A stretch of 64,000 nt of DNA, taken from the IMG/VR virus record IMGVR_UViG_3300017746_000001, positions 64,785 to 128,784 of that record. The stretch is one strand, 5' to 3'. The stretch is from a virus. The position numbers and the translations under genes are program-made. Numbering within the stretch: position 1 is the first letter of the stretch; the number at the start of each line of letters is the position of its first letter. The notes under the pieces were generated by a model that was not told the DNA's origin, did not search any database, and worked only from the letters and a program-made list of their open reading frames with translations. Below, piece after piece: positions 19,337 through 29,217 of this stretch.

Positions 19337-19828
19337 TTACTCATTCCAGTTAGATTTCTCTATGAATCCGTTTTCTTCCAGGTAATCGAGTCCAAATGAA
19401 CCCAATATCTCTTCTCTTAATTCAATCACCGACATTTCGAGGAATTCCCCTGTTGTCTTGTAGCCTAAATCAATTAGGGGTTCTCCGTTCTTCAAAACAC
19501 CACCTCGGTATATGTTCTGGTATTGCTCCTCGACTATAAAGAGGGGGTCTAGATCTTCTGCATACCCTCCGTCGTCTAAGGTGAGTACAATATCTCCGTC
19601 TGGTTCTTCCCCTACTCTAAATTCTGTGCCTAAGATGAAACTCTGCGTGTAGTGAATTCTTTTTTCGAATTCCTTTGTCCCTTCTGATGTGAGAATGATA
19701 TATCCATCCCCCTCATATAGTCCTAATCTCCACTCTAAACCTCCTAAATTGGTATCTCTTCTGTCAATCATTATTTTAACTCCTTTTGGTAGTTTTGCTG
19801 TAATATCTTTAGTTTCTTTTCTTGCCAT
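19337..19828 (-). CDS. hypothetical protein
   Basis: motif-led start 19828. Confidence 0.7.
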   Translation of the reverse strand: MARKETKDITAKLPKGVKIMIDRRDTNLGGLEWRLGLYEGDGYIILTSEGTKEFEKRIHYTQSFILGTEFRVGEEPDGDIVLTLDDGGYAEDLDPLFIVEEQYQNIYRGGVLKNGEPLIDLGYKTTGEFLEMSVIELREEILGSFGLDYLEENGFIEKSNWNE

Positions 19829-19841
19829 GGTCAGTATTAAT

Positions 19842-20111
19842 TCAGTTCGTGAGAGTAATTTCGACCCAACTCTTACTGCCTTCGTTTGGGCGAAGACCGT
19901 CAGAATAGGATTCATCTATTATCATAATGTTCTCAATCACTTGCCCTTCAAGGTTATGATTTTTGAGATTGCACCAAACTATTTGTGTCTCATCGCTCAA
20001 TCCCTTTTTCTTTAGTTGTTCCATGCTTTCAATTACCTCCCCTATGGTTTTCAATGTCCAGGGAGGGTTTCTAATTTCGTTGTTCAATGAACTGATTTTC
20101 ATATTTGCCAT
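19842..20111 (-). CDS. hypothetical protein
   Basis: motif-led start 20111. Confidence 0.7.
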   Translation of the reverse strand: MANMKISSLNNEIRNPPWTLKTIGEVIESMEQLKKKGLSDETQIVWCNLKNHNLEGQVIENIMIIDESYSDGLRPNEGSKSWVEITLTN

Positions 20112-20129
20112 GGTCAGTATCATTCTACC

Positions 20130-20210
20130 TCATAGGTCGTATTCAAACCCGTAGTTCGCCCACAAAGGAAATCCAGAGTTGTTGTATTTTTCTTTTATCT
20201 CTTCATTCAT
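20130..20210 (-). pseudogene. 26-aa remnant homologous to C-terminus of 38969..39283
   Basis: MNEEIKEKYNNSGFPLWANY vs EKEGYNNSGFPLWSDY. Confidence 0.5.
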
Positions 20211-20620
20211 TCATCATCACCTTCCGTTGATTCATTTTCATATTCCCATTGTCCATGACATTCTTGACATATTCCATATTCATTAAGAGGGGTTGGTATG
20301 TTTTGGTCGCAAACGAGTCCATAATCACATATACCTATTTCCGTGTAGTCTTCATCGGTGTTTAGGTGAAACTCTCTCCACCAATTATTGTAACCTTGAA
20401 TCATTTTCTCAATCGCGTCGAATCTTGCTCCACCAAGCCATCCCGTACAGGTTGGACATAACACCACATCTGGGCTTATGTCTCTGTTTAATTTGGTGCT
20501 TATTTTTCGAGGGATTATGTAGTTGTCACTCTCTGGGAACATCAAGGCATAAATCTCCTCGAGGGTTTCCTCTGCTTTGTGCATTCTTTCCTTGAAATCT
20601 GTTTCTTCTTTTGTTGCCAT
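20207..20620 (-). CDS. hypothetical CxxC protein
   Basis: motif-led; MATKEE N-terminus. Confidence 0.7.
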   Translation of the reverse strand: MATKEETDFKERMHKAEETLEEIYALMFPESDNYIIPRKISTKLNRDISPDVVLCPTCTGWLGGARFDAIEKMIQGYNNWWREFHLNTDEDYTEIGICDYGLVCDQNIPTPLNEYGICQECHGQWEYENESTEGDDE

Positions 20621-20629
20621 GGTCAGTAT

Positions 20630-21115
20630 TCACAGTTGTTCAAAGACAACTTCCTTGTCCTTGAGATAAATTATCTGTGTTATGTTGTGTTTTTCCTTTT
20701 CACCTCTAATGTAATTTAGAGCGTATTCAAGATTGCCTTTGTGGGGCAATACCCCGTAGGAGCCTTCTGGCTCGCCTTCTTTTACGAATAACACATTATC
20801 CTTACATTTCTTTTTGAACCATTGAGTTGTATCAAACTCAGTCACTAATGTCGTGACTATATGATCTAACTTCTCAAATGTTACTTCAGCTTCTTCTCCT
20901 TCCCAATTCGTGTAAGTATATTTCTGCGCATTTGCCCATTCATGTACTTTCTTTCCTTGTTCGAAGTCCAGCCAATCGTAGTCATTACAACCTCCACGCC
21001 CTCTGTTTGTTGCCGTTCCAACTCTTTTCCCGTTGAAATAGACTGATGCAGAGAAGCAGAGTGTTTCCTCGCTTAATTCATCGTGTATCTTTACATTCTT
21101 TACTGTAATTGCCAT
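20630..21115 (-). CDS. phage-type hypothetical protein
   Basis: motif-led; LSEETLCFSASVY...NRGRGG. Confidence 0.75.
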   Translation of the reverse strand: MAITVKNVKIHDELSEETLCFSASVYFNGKRVGTATNRGRGGCNDYDWLDFEQGKKVHEWANAQKYTYTNWEGEEAEVTFEKLDHIVTTLVTEFDTTQWFKKKCKDNVLFVKEGEPEGSYGVLPHKGNLEYALNYIRGEKEKHNITQIIYLKDKEVVFEQL

Positions 21116-21123
21116 GGTCAGTA

Positions 21124-21582
21124 TCAATCGAGTTCGATTATTCTCAAGCGATTACAATAAACAACCCAATTTTCGCTGTATAGCTTGTATTCGCCTTGCA
21201 TCCATTCTACGATTTCTGTTTTGGTTGGAGGCATCCAACCTCCGTTCTGTGCTTCCGTATGGTCTGCTACTTGTCTAGCAGTTTCTAGTTGCCATCTGGC
21301 TCCATTGAAAGTGATAATCCAATGTGCAGGGTCGCTAGAAAGACCGTATTCCTTCGAGAAGTCGTTTATCACATCCTCAAAACTTCTGTATCTTCCTTTA
21401 GCTCCACCATTCATTCCTGCCCCAGTACGGCCTAGTTCTCCATTTTCATACGAATCCTCGTATATCTCGCATATCCATGCCCTCACTTCAACGAATGCGT
21501 GACCGCAATCGTTTTCGTTATATTTTCTATCTTTTAAGCCATCATTGGCTTCTTCTAAGGTATATTCTCCTTTTTCTGCCAT
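21124..21582 (-). CDS. hypothetical protein
   Basis: motif-led ORF. Confidence 0.7.
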   Translation of the reverse strand: MAEKGEYTLEEANDGLKDRKYNENDCGHAFVEVRAWICEIYEDSYENGELGRTGAGMNGGAKGRYRSFEDVINDFSKEYGLSSDPAHWIITFNGARWQLETARQVADHTEAQNGGWMPPTKTEIVEWMQGEYKLYSENWVVYCNRLRIIELD

Positions 21583-21590
21583 GGTCAGTT

Positions 21591-22145
21591 TTACCAATCT
21601 GAACCTTCCGTAATTCGGGCATAGCCGCCAGAATGGAAGTTTCGTAAATCTTGTACTCTTTCATAGTATGCCACAGCATCTTCTTTACTTTCATGCATAG
21701 ACCAATGATCTTCTAGAGGTTCCATTGTATCTGAATCATATCCTACGCCTTTCAAAGCATGGAATACTACATGCCAGTCTGCAACTGGTTCAGTAAGTCC
21801 TGCCATATCTTGAGCGTGTTGCCCAGATGAATGCCATCTTTCTAGGCGTTCAAAGGCTTGTGTTGCTTCATCTGCAGCAGAATGAAATCTTTCTAATTCA
21901 ATTTCTCGTTCTTTTTTGTTGATGATTTCTTCGGACTCTCCTATGTATTTTGAAATATTAATTCCTAGGTCGTTTTCTAATTCCCATAATGTACCCGCCA
22001 TTGCGGTTTCCAATGTGGCTTCTCTGAACCACTGTATGCTTTGTTCGAGATTTTCTATGCTAAGACTATCTAGAATTTCTTTTTCTATTTTTTTAATATC
22101 TTCTTCCGCCATTTGACTTATCAAAGTCGTTTTGTCGTATTTCAT
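21591..22145 (-). CDS. hypothetical protein
   Basis: motif-led ORF. Confidence 0.7.
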   Translation of the reverse strand: MKYDKTTLISQMAEEDIKKIEKEILDSLSIENLEQSIQWFREATLETAMAGTLWELENDLGINISKYIGESEEIINKKEREIELERFHSAADEATQAFERLERWHSSGQHAQDMAGLTEPVADWHVVFHALKGVGYDSDTMEPLEDHWSMHESKEDAVAYYERVQDLRNFHSGGYARITEGSDW

Positions 22146-22153
22146 GGTCAGTA

Positions 22154-23110
22154 TTACCAGTATTGCTCTAGGAGTTTCTTTTCTGCTATGAATGGGAGCA
22201 TTCTGAACCACTTGTCCATAGTTCCCACTATTCGTTCTCCTGTGCTTCCACTTGGCCTGTATTTTACATCTTTAAGTGCAAAGAGAAGTTCTTCTTCTGC
22301 GTTTATGCATAGTGTGAAGGACAGGTTGTAGGGGATCTTGGCTGCTTCGTCTGATGCCAACCCCTGTGTTCCTGTCTGCGCTCCTCTAGCCGCTAATTCC
22401 CATCTTCTGGGTTCAGGCCAAATCATATCCTTTGGGAATTGCCCCCACAAGTCAGTAGGCTTCTTCGGCCTTCGATATTCGTAATTCCCTCCAGACCACG
22501 CTGAAAAGTGCGTAGTCAATGCAGGGGGTTTCCATACCTTTCTTAACATGGCTCGTGGGTTTTCCATTGCCCAATATACCGGATTTATTTCTTGTATCAG
22601 TTCGTATGTGTGTTGAACGAGTTGCAGCGCGTTGTCTGCGGCATCGCTCTTTGGCACTCTAGGTTCGTTTGCGCTCCAATGATGCATACAAGATGCAATG
22701 GAGAAGCATTGACAGGGTGGACTCGCTAGTACGATGTCCCAATCTGTCCCTACATCTTCAATTGTCAATTCTTTGATGTTCATGCAGATGTCTGGTTCCA
22801 TTCCTGGGTCATTGTCTATTGTCAAAACATAATGCCCTCTGTCCTCAAACGCCTTTGTCCAACCCTTTCTTCCACTAAACAAATCTAGAATTTTCAATTT
22901 CTTGTCATGTTCTGCGAATTGTAGCTCATCAGGGCCTTTCTTTCTGCTTTCTAGGACTGCGGAGATGAATTTCTGCCTACATTTGTAGTTTAGCCATACT
23001 CCTTCGCCCTCATCATTCAATCTTATTGCATATTTGCCCCTGATAGGGTCATCGCAACAAACACACTTTTGCCTTTTTCCTTTTTCCATAATTGCGTTCT
23101 GAATTATCAT
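22154..23110 (-). CDS. DNA cytosine methyltransferase-like protein with N-terminal Cys extension
   Basis: ILDLFSG, ASPPCQ, MENP, KPTDLW. Confidence 0.8.
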   Translation of the reverse strand: MIIQNAIMEKGKRQKCVCCDDPIRGKYAIRLNDEGEGVWLNYKCRQKFISAVLESRKKGPDELQFAEHDKKLKILDLFSGRKGWTKAFEDRGHYVLTIDNDPGMEPDICMNIKELTIEDVGTDWDIVLASPPCQCFSIASCMHHWSANEPRVPKSDAADNALQLVQHTYELIQEINPVYWAMENPRAMLRKVWKPPALTTHFSAWSGGNYEYRRPKKPTDLWGQFPKDMIWPEPRRWELAARGAQTGTQGLASDEAAKIPYNLSFTLCINAEEELLFALKDVKYRPSGSTGERIVGTMDKWFRMLPFIAEKKLLEQYW

Positions 23111-23152
23111 GGTCAGTCTCCGATATTGTAGATCGGAATTTATAGTTCTTAT

Positions 23153-24049
23153 TCATATCGGAATTTTCCTGTTTACTGGTTCTTGTATTTCAAAGTCCAG
23201 CGCAGGATGTTTCCTGTATTTTTTACTATCTTTGTCGTTGTCCCAGATCAGATACCCACCAACATAGTTGCATGTCCATCCTCCGAAGTAATCGTTAATA
23301 TCCGCCCAGAATATTGCTTCTGGGAAAACAACTGTCTTATCACAACATCTGTGAAAATATTCATACGGATGATTTCCGTTTGTAGTTTGGGGAGGCCAGA
23401 ACAGATTCGAAGAATCATCAACGAGTATACTGTCTGCTTCCCACCCATTTGTTCGAGCAAGGACTGGAATTAGAGGGACTTCGTCCTTTGGTTCCCAGTC
23501 AGATTCATCTATCAAATCACCTTCATTGGTGGTTATCTTAATCTGGTCTATTCCTCCTTCATCACCGCCGCCTGAGAACTCAATTTCGATTCTCTTCCAG
23601 CCGAGTGCATCCATTATAGCAAAGCCTCTATCGACCTTGTTTTCAATTGTCGGATAATAGTAATGCCCATCATCTAGATTTCTTTCTAGACTGCCCAAAG
23701 CGTCTTTAATGTCTTTCAATGTATCTTCTAAGATGTATTCATCAGTATACCTCTCAATTGTTCTATCCATTGAAATTTTCTTCGCTTGTTTGGATTGATA
23801 AGGATATTCTAATTCACCATTGTATTTTCTCTCCTTTTCCATAGGTATTGCATTTTCATAATCTTCTTTAGAATTTTTTATCGCTTCTTTCGCCTTAACA
23901 GATTTTAATCCGTGTAAGTAAGAGAAATCTGTTGTTTTCATAATTTCTTCATCACTCAAAGACATCCATTGAGATATATTCATTCCTCTTAATATAAATT
24001 CTCTCCTTTCGTAAGGGAGTTTTTCAATTTCTTTTATATTCATTGCCAT
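23153..24049 (-). CDS. hypothetical protein, paralog of 43497..44276
   Basis: motif-led; FSGGGDEGGI. Confidence 0.7.
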   Translation of the reverse strand: MAMNIKEIEKLPYERREFILRGMNISQWMSLSDEEIMKTTDFSYLHGLKSVKAKEAIKNSKEDYENAIPMEKERKYNGELEYPYQSKQAKKISMDRTIERYTDEYILEDTLKDIKDALGSLERNLDDGHYYYPTIENKVDRGFAIMDALGWKRIEIEFSGGGDEGGIDQIKITTNEGDLIDESDWEPKDEVPLIPVLARTNGWEADSILVDDSSNLFWPPQTTNGNHPYEYFHRCCDKTVVFPEAIFWADINDYFGGWTCNYVGGYLIWDNDKDSKKYRKHPALDFEIQEPVNRKIPI

Positions 24050-24059
24050 GGTCAGTATT

Positions 24060-24809
24060 TCAAAGCTTAATGAAAGCGAACCAATATGTTCCGGTTCCGT
24101 TGCTTCCTACGCTTTTCTTAGTTCTTGTTCCAACAAGTGGTTGCTCTGGTAATATCTTCAACATATCTGAGACACTTATCGAAAGATCATTGTATTTGAA
24201 TAGAAGAACTCCTTTTGGCTTTAAACATCGCCAAATTTCATCGAATCCTCTTCTCACATCGTCTTTCCATCCGTACCCTAATTTTCCGTATTTCTTGAGC
24301 ATTATTCCTCCCTTTGCTTCTAGAATATGAGGGATGTCCCACACAACTAGGTGGAATGTTTCATCCTCGAAGAACATATCTCGATAGTCTCCTATCACAT
24401 CGGGCTTTACAGACCATCCTGGTTGTAATTCAATTGCCCCTGGTTCTTCCTCTCGAATATCCATGTATATGCAACTTGGGTGTTTCTTGTCAAACCAAAT
24501 TGAACGCGCACCGCAGCATAGATCAGCCAATATTTTACCATCAAGATGTACTTGAACTCGCCAATATCCTTTCTCTAAGCCCGTTTTATGCACTCTTCCT
24601 TTTCCTTTTAGTGTCTGTAGTGCGTTTCTTACTTTGTGTTTCCATTCCGGTGAATCTTCCCAACCTGTAGTGCATACTTCGTCGTCTATAAGTTCCTTGT
24701 GAGACTTTTTGACATACTCGTATATCATTTCTATGTGGTGAAGACCATCTGGAACGCATTTCATATTTGTTTCAGTTAGTTTCTTTTGCAAAGTTATTTT
24801 ATTTGCCAT
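24060..24809 (-). CDS. SAM-dependent methyltransferase with N-terminal wHTH
   Basis: DLCCGARSIWFDK, DIPH; N-terminal WKHKVRNALQTLK..GYW. Confidence 0.8.
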   Translation of the reverse strand: MANKITLQKKLTETNMKCVPDGLHHIEMIYEYVKKSHKELIDDEVCTTGWEDSPEWKHKVRNALQTLKGKGRVHKTGLEKGYWRVQVHLDGKILADLCCGARSIWFDKKHPSCIYMDIREEEPGAIELQPGWSVKPDVIGDYRDMFFEDETFHLVVWDIPHILEAKGGIMLKKYGKLGYGWKDDVRRGFDEIWRCLKPKGVLLFKYNDLSISVSDMLKILPEQPLVGTRTKKSVGSNGTGTYWFAFIKL

Positions 24810-24817
24810 GGTCAGTA

Positions 24818-25390
24818 TTACACTTTGAATTGGGCTAGTATCTCTTCCTTTGAATAGGGTTCAATATCTGCCCAGTTTGCTGCGACTCGTAATATTAATT
24901 CCACTTCTCTTTTTGTCATATTGACATCATGGATTTCGTATTCATCTCTTTTTTCTTCGCTTGATGAATTAAAATTTCGAATCGGTAAGTGTTTCTTTGT
25001 TTCTTTGTGTTTTGCATAGTGCAAAGTGATCCTCTTTGGAATTTTCTCCGTTGGGTTGAGTTGGAACTCACCCATAGGATTGTCTGCGAAAAACGCATAG
25101 TAGCGTTGTGGTAGCTCCCATGCTCCATCAGGGTCCAAAATGAGGACCCTGTGCATATATTTCTCAAGGTGTTCTTGGGCGAAGAAGCAGAACGGGTGTT
25201 GTCCTACATCCAATGATTCATCATATTGATTGCCTAGAACTTCCATTACCTTTTCAGCAAGGCCTCTGTTGATTTCTTCCGACAAGTCAATCAGTCCCTT
25301 AATGAAAGAAACTGAGTTGCTATTGGTATTTCTGCTTGTCCTGCTCTGTGGCCCACTAGAGGGGTCACTTCTGCTTCTGATGCGCTGCAT
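24818..25390 (-). CDS. hypothetical protein (start uncertain)
   Basis: ORF without the motif; overlaps upstream ORF. Confidence 0.6.
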   Translation of the reverse strand: MQRIRSRSDPSSGPQSRTSRNTNSNSVSFIKGLIDLSEEINRGLAEKVMEVLGNQYDESLDVGQHPFCFFAQEHLEKYMHRVLILDPDGAWELPQRYYAFFADNPMGEFQLNPTEKIPKRITLHYAKHKETKKHLPIRNFNSSSEEKRDEYEIHDVNMTKREVELILRVAANWADIEPYSKEEILAQFKV

Positions 25391-25512
25391 CTAATCACTC
25401 TACATAGTGTCCCTGATTCTAAGAACCCTAAGTCCTTTACCAGTTTCACAATTTGGTTTTTCATAAATGGGGCTTTCTTTACCCCTTTCTTTCGTATCTT
25501 TAGTCCTACCAT
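25291..25512 (-). CDS. small basic protein
   Basis: motif-led ORF. Confidence 0.6.
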   Translation of the reverse strand: MVGLKIRKKGVKKAPFMKNQIVKLVKDLGFLESGTLCRVIRCSASEAEVTPLVGHRAGQAEIPIATQFLSLRD

Positions 25513-25514
25513 GG

Positions 25515-25766
25515 TCAGTAACCGCCTACTCTCTTGATTTTGAGTGGCCTCTGTCTTGTTTTTCCTGTTTTTGTCTTAGGCTTGCCCTCTAGGACATAAT
25601 TAATCATTTTTCTAGAGTGTCCATCTAGACACTTCTTTACGATTGTTTCCATTTCTAGTATCTTCCATCTACATTTTGTTTTGGCATACTCATCCCAATG
25701 AGGAAATATTCCTTCTTTCCTCAATCGAGCAGCCGTGTAGTTTTTTCCTATATTCAAATCGCTCAT
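25515..25766 (-). CDS. small basic protein
   Basis: motif-led; stop lies inside next motif. Confidence 0.65.
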   Translation of the reverse strand: MSDLNIGKNYTAARLRKEGIFPHWDEYAKTKCRWKILEMETIVKKCLDGHSRKMINYVLEGKPKTKTGKTRQRPLKIKRVGGY

Positions 25767-25794
25767 GGTCAGTATTTTTTATTTCTTCATTGCC

Positions 25795-26334
25795 TCACTC
25801 GGAGGCTGGGTATTTCTTGTTAATAATATGGCGTGCCAAACTATCTATATACCCATATATGGCGTCGGCACTTTCACGCTCAAAAGGTTCCCAAGCGTGG
25901 CCTACCAAGTGAGCATCTTGAGATGCTTCGTCCATCTCAAAAAATTCATCAGGCAGTTCTTTGAAGAGATAGAAGCAAGATGCCCATTTAAGGCACCTCT
26001 CTTCGTAACTCAACTTTCCTTTTTCGTTTTCTTTTTCGTTTTCACTTTCGTGTGCGCTGTCGATCTTACCCTGTAGGTCGTCAATCTTTTCATAACATCT
26101 CTTCAACGCAGTAATCAGGTCGCTAATGTCAACTTCCGGATTTCCATGTTGTAAGTCGTCGTTTAACTTTTCTAAGTCAATTCTTTCTGATTCTTTTACC
26201 TTAGTACGGGCTTCAGAATTATCTTTCTCCCGTATCCATATAGATGCGTCTTTTACATTTTTACCTGCAAAATAGAGTTTGATTTTGTCGATTGTTATCC
26301 AACCTACTGTTGGTCTACCATCGCTTCCTCTCAT
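25795..26334 (-). CDS. hypothetical protein
   Basis: ATGA overlap with GAGGTG SD. Confidence 0.7.
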   Translation of the reverse strand: MRGSDGRPTVGWITIDKIKLYFAGKNVKDASIWIREKDNSEARTKVKESERIDLEKLNDDLQHGNPEVDISDLITALKRCYEKIDDLQGKIDSAHESENEKENEKGKLSYEERCLKWASCFYLFKELPDEFFEMDEASQDAHLVGHAWEPFERESADAIYGYIDSLARHIINKKYPASE

Positions 26335-26549
26335 TCGTTCACCTCGATTGCATCATCTACAGTCAGTTTTCCGCCATCAATTACTTCATCGAGGCTTGCA
26401 CCGTCTTTTGCTACTTCAATAGCAAATTCTCTGTCAGATAAACTTGAGTCTATCCATTCATATTCTTTTCTTAATTCTTCATTTACTGTTATTTCTTTCG
26501 CCCAATAAATTGATTGGGATAACATTACATTGAATTTTTTGTCTGCCAT
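26331..26549 (-). CDS. hypothetical protein
   Basis: motif-led ORF. Confidence 0.7.
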   Translation of the reverse strand: MADKKFNVMLSQSIYWAKEITVNEELRKEYEWIDSSLSDREFAIEVAKDGASLDEVIDGGKLTVDDAIEVNE

Positions 26550-26558
26550 GGTCAGTTT

Positions 26559-26897
26559 TTAGTTTAATGAAAGCTGATAGAGACAGGCGACTGTTCCTTC
26601 GCCGTTAATCTCTTGTCTTCCAATAGGCCACTCATCTAATGCTTCACCGTTGTCATCAGTAGGCCAAATTTCACATTCTGCTAGCCACACTTTCAATTCT
26701 CGGTCATTATTATGCGTTAGTGTATTATTTCTCGCATAAAGTTCTAGTAGCCCTTCTAACATGTTTCGTCTGGCATCTTCTATCTTCTCGAAGAAGATGT
26801 ATTCATCTATTGCCTCTTGCATACATACAGCGTGTGATTCTTGCGGATCATGTATGTATGTAGCATATATTGTTGTAAATTTTGTTTTGTTTGCCAT
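26559..26897 (-). CDS. hypothetical protein
   Basis: motif-led start 26897. Confidence 0.7.
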   Translation of the reverse strand: MANKTKFTTIYATYIHDPQESHAVCMQEAIDEYIFFEKIEDARRNMLEGLLELYARNNTLTHNNDRELKVWLAECEIWPTDDNGEALDEWPIGRQEINGEGTVACLYQLSLN

Positions 26898-26904
26898 GGT
26901 CAGT

Positions 26905-27792
26905 TTATGCTGTTGCTTTCCAAAGGGCTTTGCCGTTTGATTGCACAGCGCGAACGAATGTCGCGGCCATGCTTGGGCTGTTGAATGTGACATCCCTAGT
27001 GAATACCAGTTCGTCGCCTCTTTCCCTCAGAGTTCCTTCTTCTATCAGTTTGTTTCTGCTTCTTACTTCCGACTCTCTCCATGAGGGTCTAGGCCGTAAA
27101 TTGGCCGTGGAGCCTCGCTTGACTAGGAATTTTCCATTGTCGAGGTTTTCCCCTCGTGCAATTATTCCATTTTTCAGTCGTAGTTCTAATTCTTGCCTAT
27201 TCCAAGTTTCCTCAGTAAGCCATTCTCCTTTGTTGCTCATTTGTAGCACTTGCATTCCAACACCTTTCCAGGCGTTTTGGAATACTACTGCAACTGAGGC
27301 TTGTCTCGAAGCCCCCCCTGCTCGTATATGCGGCCCTCCGAAGTCCAATCGGGCTCGGAAGAACACAAGATGCGATGCTTTGGGTAAGATCGTGTCGTGC
27401 CAATAGTAGTTGCTAGTGTATGCCGGAATCAAGAGAGTTACAAGTTCTGCAAGACCGTTTGCTACTGAATCATATGCTTTCTGCACCCAATTTTTTAGCG
27501 TAGTCTTGTCGTCTTGTTTCACATAAGGAGGATTACACCATACTCTGCCAGTCCACTCTTGATGGAGCGAGTTGGCTTCTTTGTCATAGTAATCCTCGAC
27601 TAATGCGTTCTCTTCGCTTGCGGCTGCATCTAAAGTGTAAGGCCCAAATCGCTCGTCTAATGCTTCGAAAACATCTCTTGGTGTCCAGAAGTCATTTTTC
27701 TTGCTCTTAGGCATTATTCCATTTTTTGCATAATTTTGGAAGTCGCTTCGTAGCTTCTTCTCTAATTCTTCTTCTTCTTTTTTTGTTGCCAT
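26905..27792 (-). CDS. phage Dam-type N6-adenine DNA methyltransferase fused to DUF4357-like domain
   Basis: WTPRDVF, LDAAAS, WCNPPY; C-terminal TRDVTFNSPSMAATFV...NG...WK. Confidence 0.85.
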   Translation of the reverse strand: MATKKEEEELEKKLRSDFQNYAKNGIMPKSKKNDFWTPRDVFEALDERFGPYTLDAAASEENALVEDYYDKEANSLHQEWTGRVWCNPPYVKQDDKTTLKNWVQKAYDSVANGLAELVTLLIPAYTSNYYWHDTILPKASHLVFFRARLDFGGPHIRAGGASRQASVAVVFQNAWKGVGMQVLQMSNKGEWLTEETWNRQELELRLKNGIIARGENLDNGKFLVKRGSTANLRPRPSWRESEVRSRNKLIEEGTLRERGDELVFTRDVTFNSPSMAATFVRAVQSNGKALWKATA

Positions 27793-27801
27793 GGTCAGTA
27801 A

Positions 27802-28314
27802 TCAATTGGATGGTTCCCAATCTATTCTTTGTTGGTTGTCTTCTGCTACATCTTCTGGAATTACCCAAATATGCTGTACCATTTCGTTTCTGAAATCCAT
27901 TGAAACATCGCCTAATGCCGAAAATGCTTCTGCGTTAGCCTCTGCGTCTGAGAGTGTCGTAGCATTGTATAATCGACTTAATGCCCTAAAGAGTTGAATT
28001 GTCTTTTCTTTCTCTTGAACCTGTTCTTCTTTTCTTTCTAGGGATGTCATAATCCAATCTTTTATGTGTGACTTCCAATAGCCTTCTAATTCTTTGATTA
28101 TTTCTCTCATTTCGTCTTCACTTTTTACTATTGGGTCAGCCCAAACACTTGATTCGTGCCTTTCTATTGGATATTCCTTCCAAAGTAATTTGCACATTAT
28201 TTCAAAATATTCGTTATGACTCCAAGTATCGTGTAGTATTTTGTCCCAGAATTGTACTGGGTCTAATTCACGGAGGGTTGGCCCTCCTAATTTTATTTCA
28301 ATATCTTTAACCAT
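27802..28314 (-). CDS. hypothetical protein
   Basis: motif-led start 28314. Confidence 0.7.
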   Translation of the reverse strand: MVKDIEIKLGGPTLRELDPVQFWDKILHDTWSHNEYFEIMCKLLWKEYPIERHESSVWADPIVKSEDEMREIIKELEGYWKSHIKDWIMTSLERKEEQVQEKEKTIQLFRALSRLYNATTLSDAEANAEAFSALGDVSMDFRNEMVQHIWVIPEDVAEDNQQRIDWEPSN

Positions 28315-28322
28315 GGTCAGTA

Positions 28323-29210
28323 TCATTCAAACCGAGTCAATCCTCGGTTTATGTTGTTATTGTCTAATTCTATACAAACAGCATTTCTGCCTGTTTTCAA
28401 GCAAGCCTCTGCTATTCCAAGCCCTCCAGCGAATGGGTCAAGCACTAGATCTCCTTCCTCTGTCGAGAACTGCAGCATATCTGCTAGAATCTCAATTGGT
28501 TTTTCGGTCTGATGCTTTTTCTTCGTGTTGCTCGGTCTTGATGCTGTTAGTATGTCGTGAATATAGTGCTGTGGATTGGGTTTTCTCTTGAATCCGCCCA
28601 TGTTGTAGGGCTTTCCCTTCGAATAGAAGAAAATCAACTCGTGTCGAGCCCTTCCATAGTAACCCATTCCAATTTGCACCTTATCCCATATCCAAGTTCT
28701 GTTGTATGTGAAACCTGCTCCCATAGTGAGTTGCCTTTGATTCTCGTTGTAATCTGCGATGTCTCCATACATGGAACGACCCGCAGCAGGCATGAACACG
28801 AACATGTGTCCTCCTGGTTTCAAAACTCTGTGTAACTCTCTAAGGATTTCATCATCTAGGTCTTTGGTTTCAAAATCCCAACCTCCCTTACGATTCCTAG
28901 CTCTAGCAGTTCCGGTCTGCATCTGCTTGTTCAAAGCAGAATACGGTGGATCTGTTATTACAGCGTCAAAATGGTTATCTGGGAAAGTGGGTAATGTTGC
29001 CCAAGCATCTCCTTCGATGATTAGTGCCTGATTGTCACCCGTATGGGCGATATAGACACCTCGCTCCACTCTTTGGAAGCATTTTCCTATATTTTCATTA
29101 AGTCTACCTCGAATAGTCGAGGGTATTTCATCTTCAAATTCTTGATATATCACCTGGAGAGTTTTTTCATCTTCCAGGAATTGTATTAATCTTTTTCTTA
29201 GACTTACCAT
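28323..29210 (-). CDS. N4/N6 DNA methyltransferase (beta class)
   Basis: TDPPY, HQTEKP, VLDPFAG. Confidence 0.9.
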   Translation of the reverse strand: MVSLRKRLIQFLEDEKTLQVIYQEFEDEIPSTIRGRLNENIGKCFQRVERGVYIAHTGDNQALIIEGDAWATLPTFPDNHFDAVITDPPYSALNKQMQTGTARARNRKGGWDFETKDLDDEILRELHRVLKPGGHMFVFMPAAGRSMYGDIADYNENQRQLTMGAGFTYNRTWIWDKVQIGMGYYGRARHELIFFYSKGKPYNMGGFKRKPNPQHYIHDILTASRPSNTKKKHQTEKPIEILADMLQFSTEEGDLVLDPFAGGLGIAEACLKTGRNAVCIELDNNNINRGLTRFE

Positions 29211-29217
29211 GGTCAGT

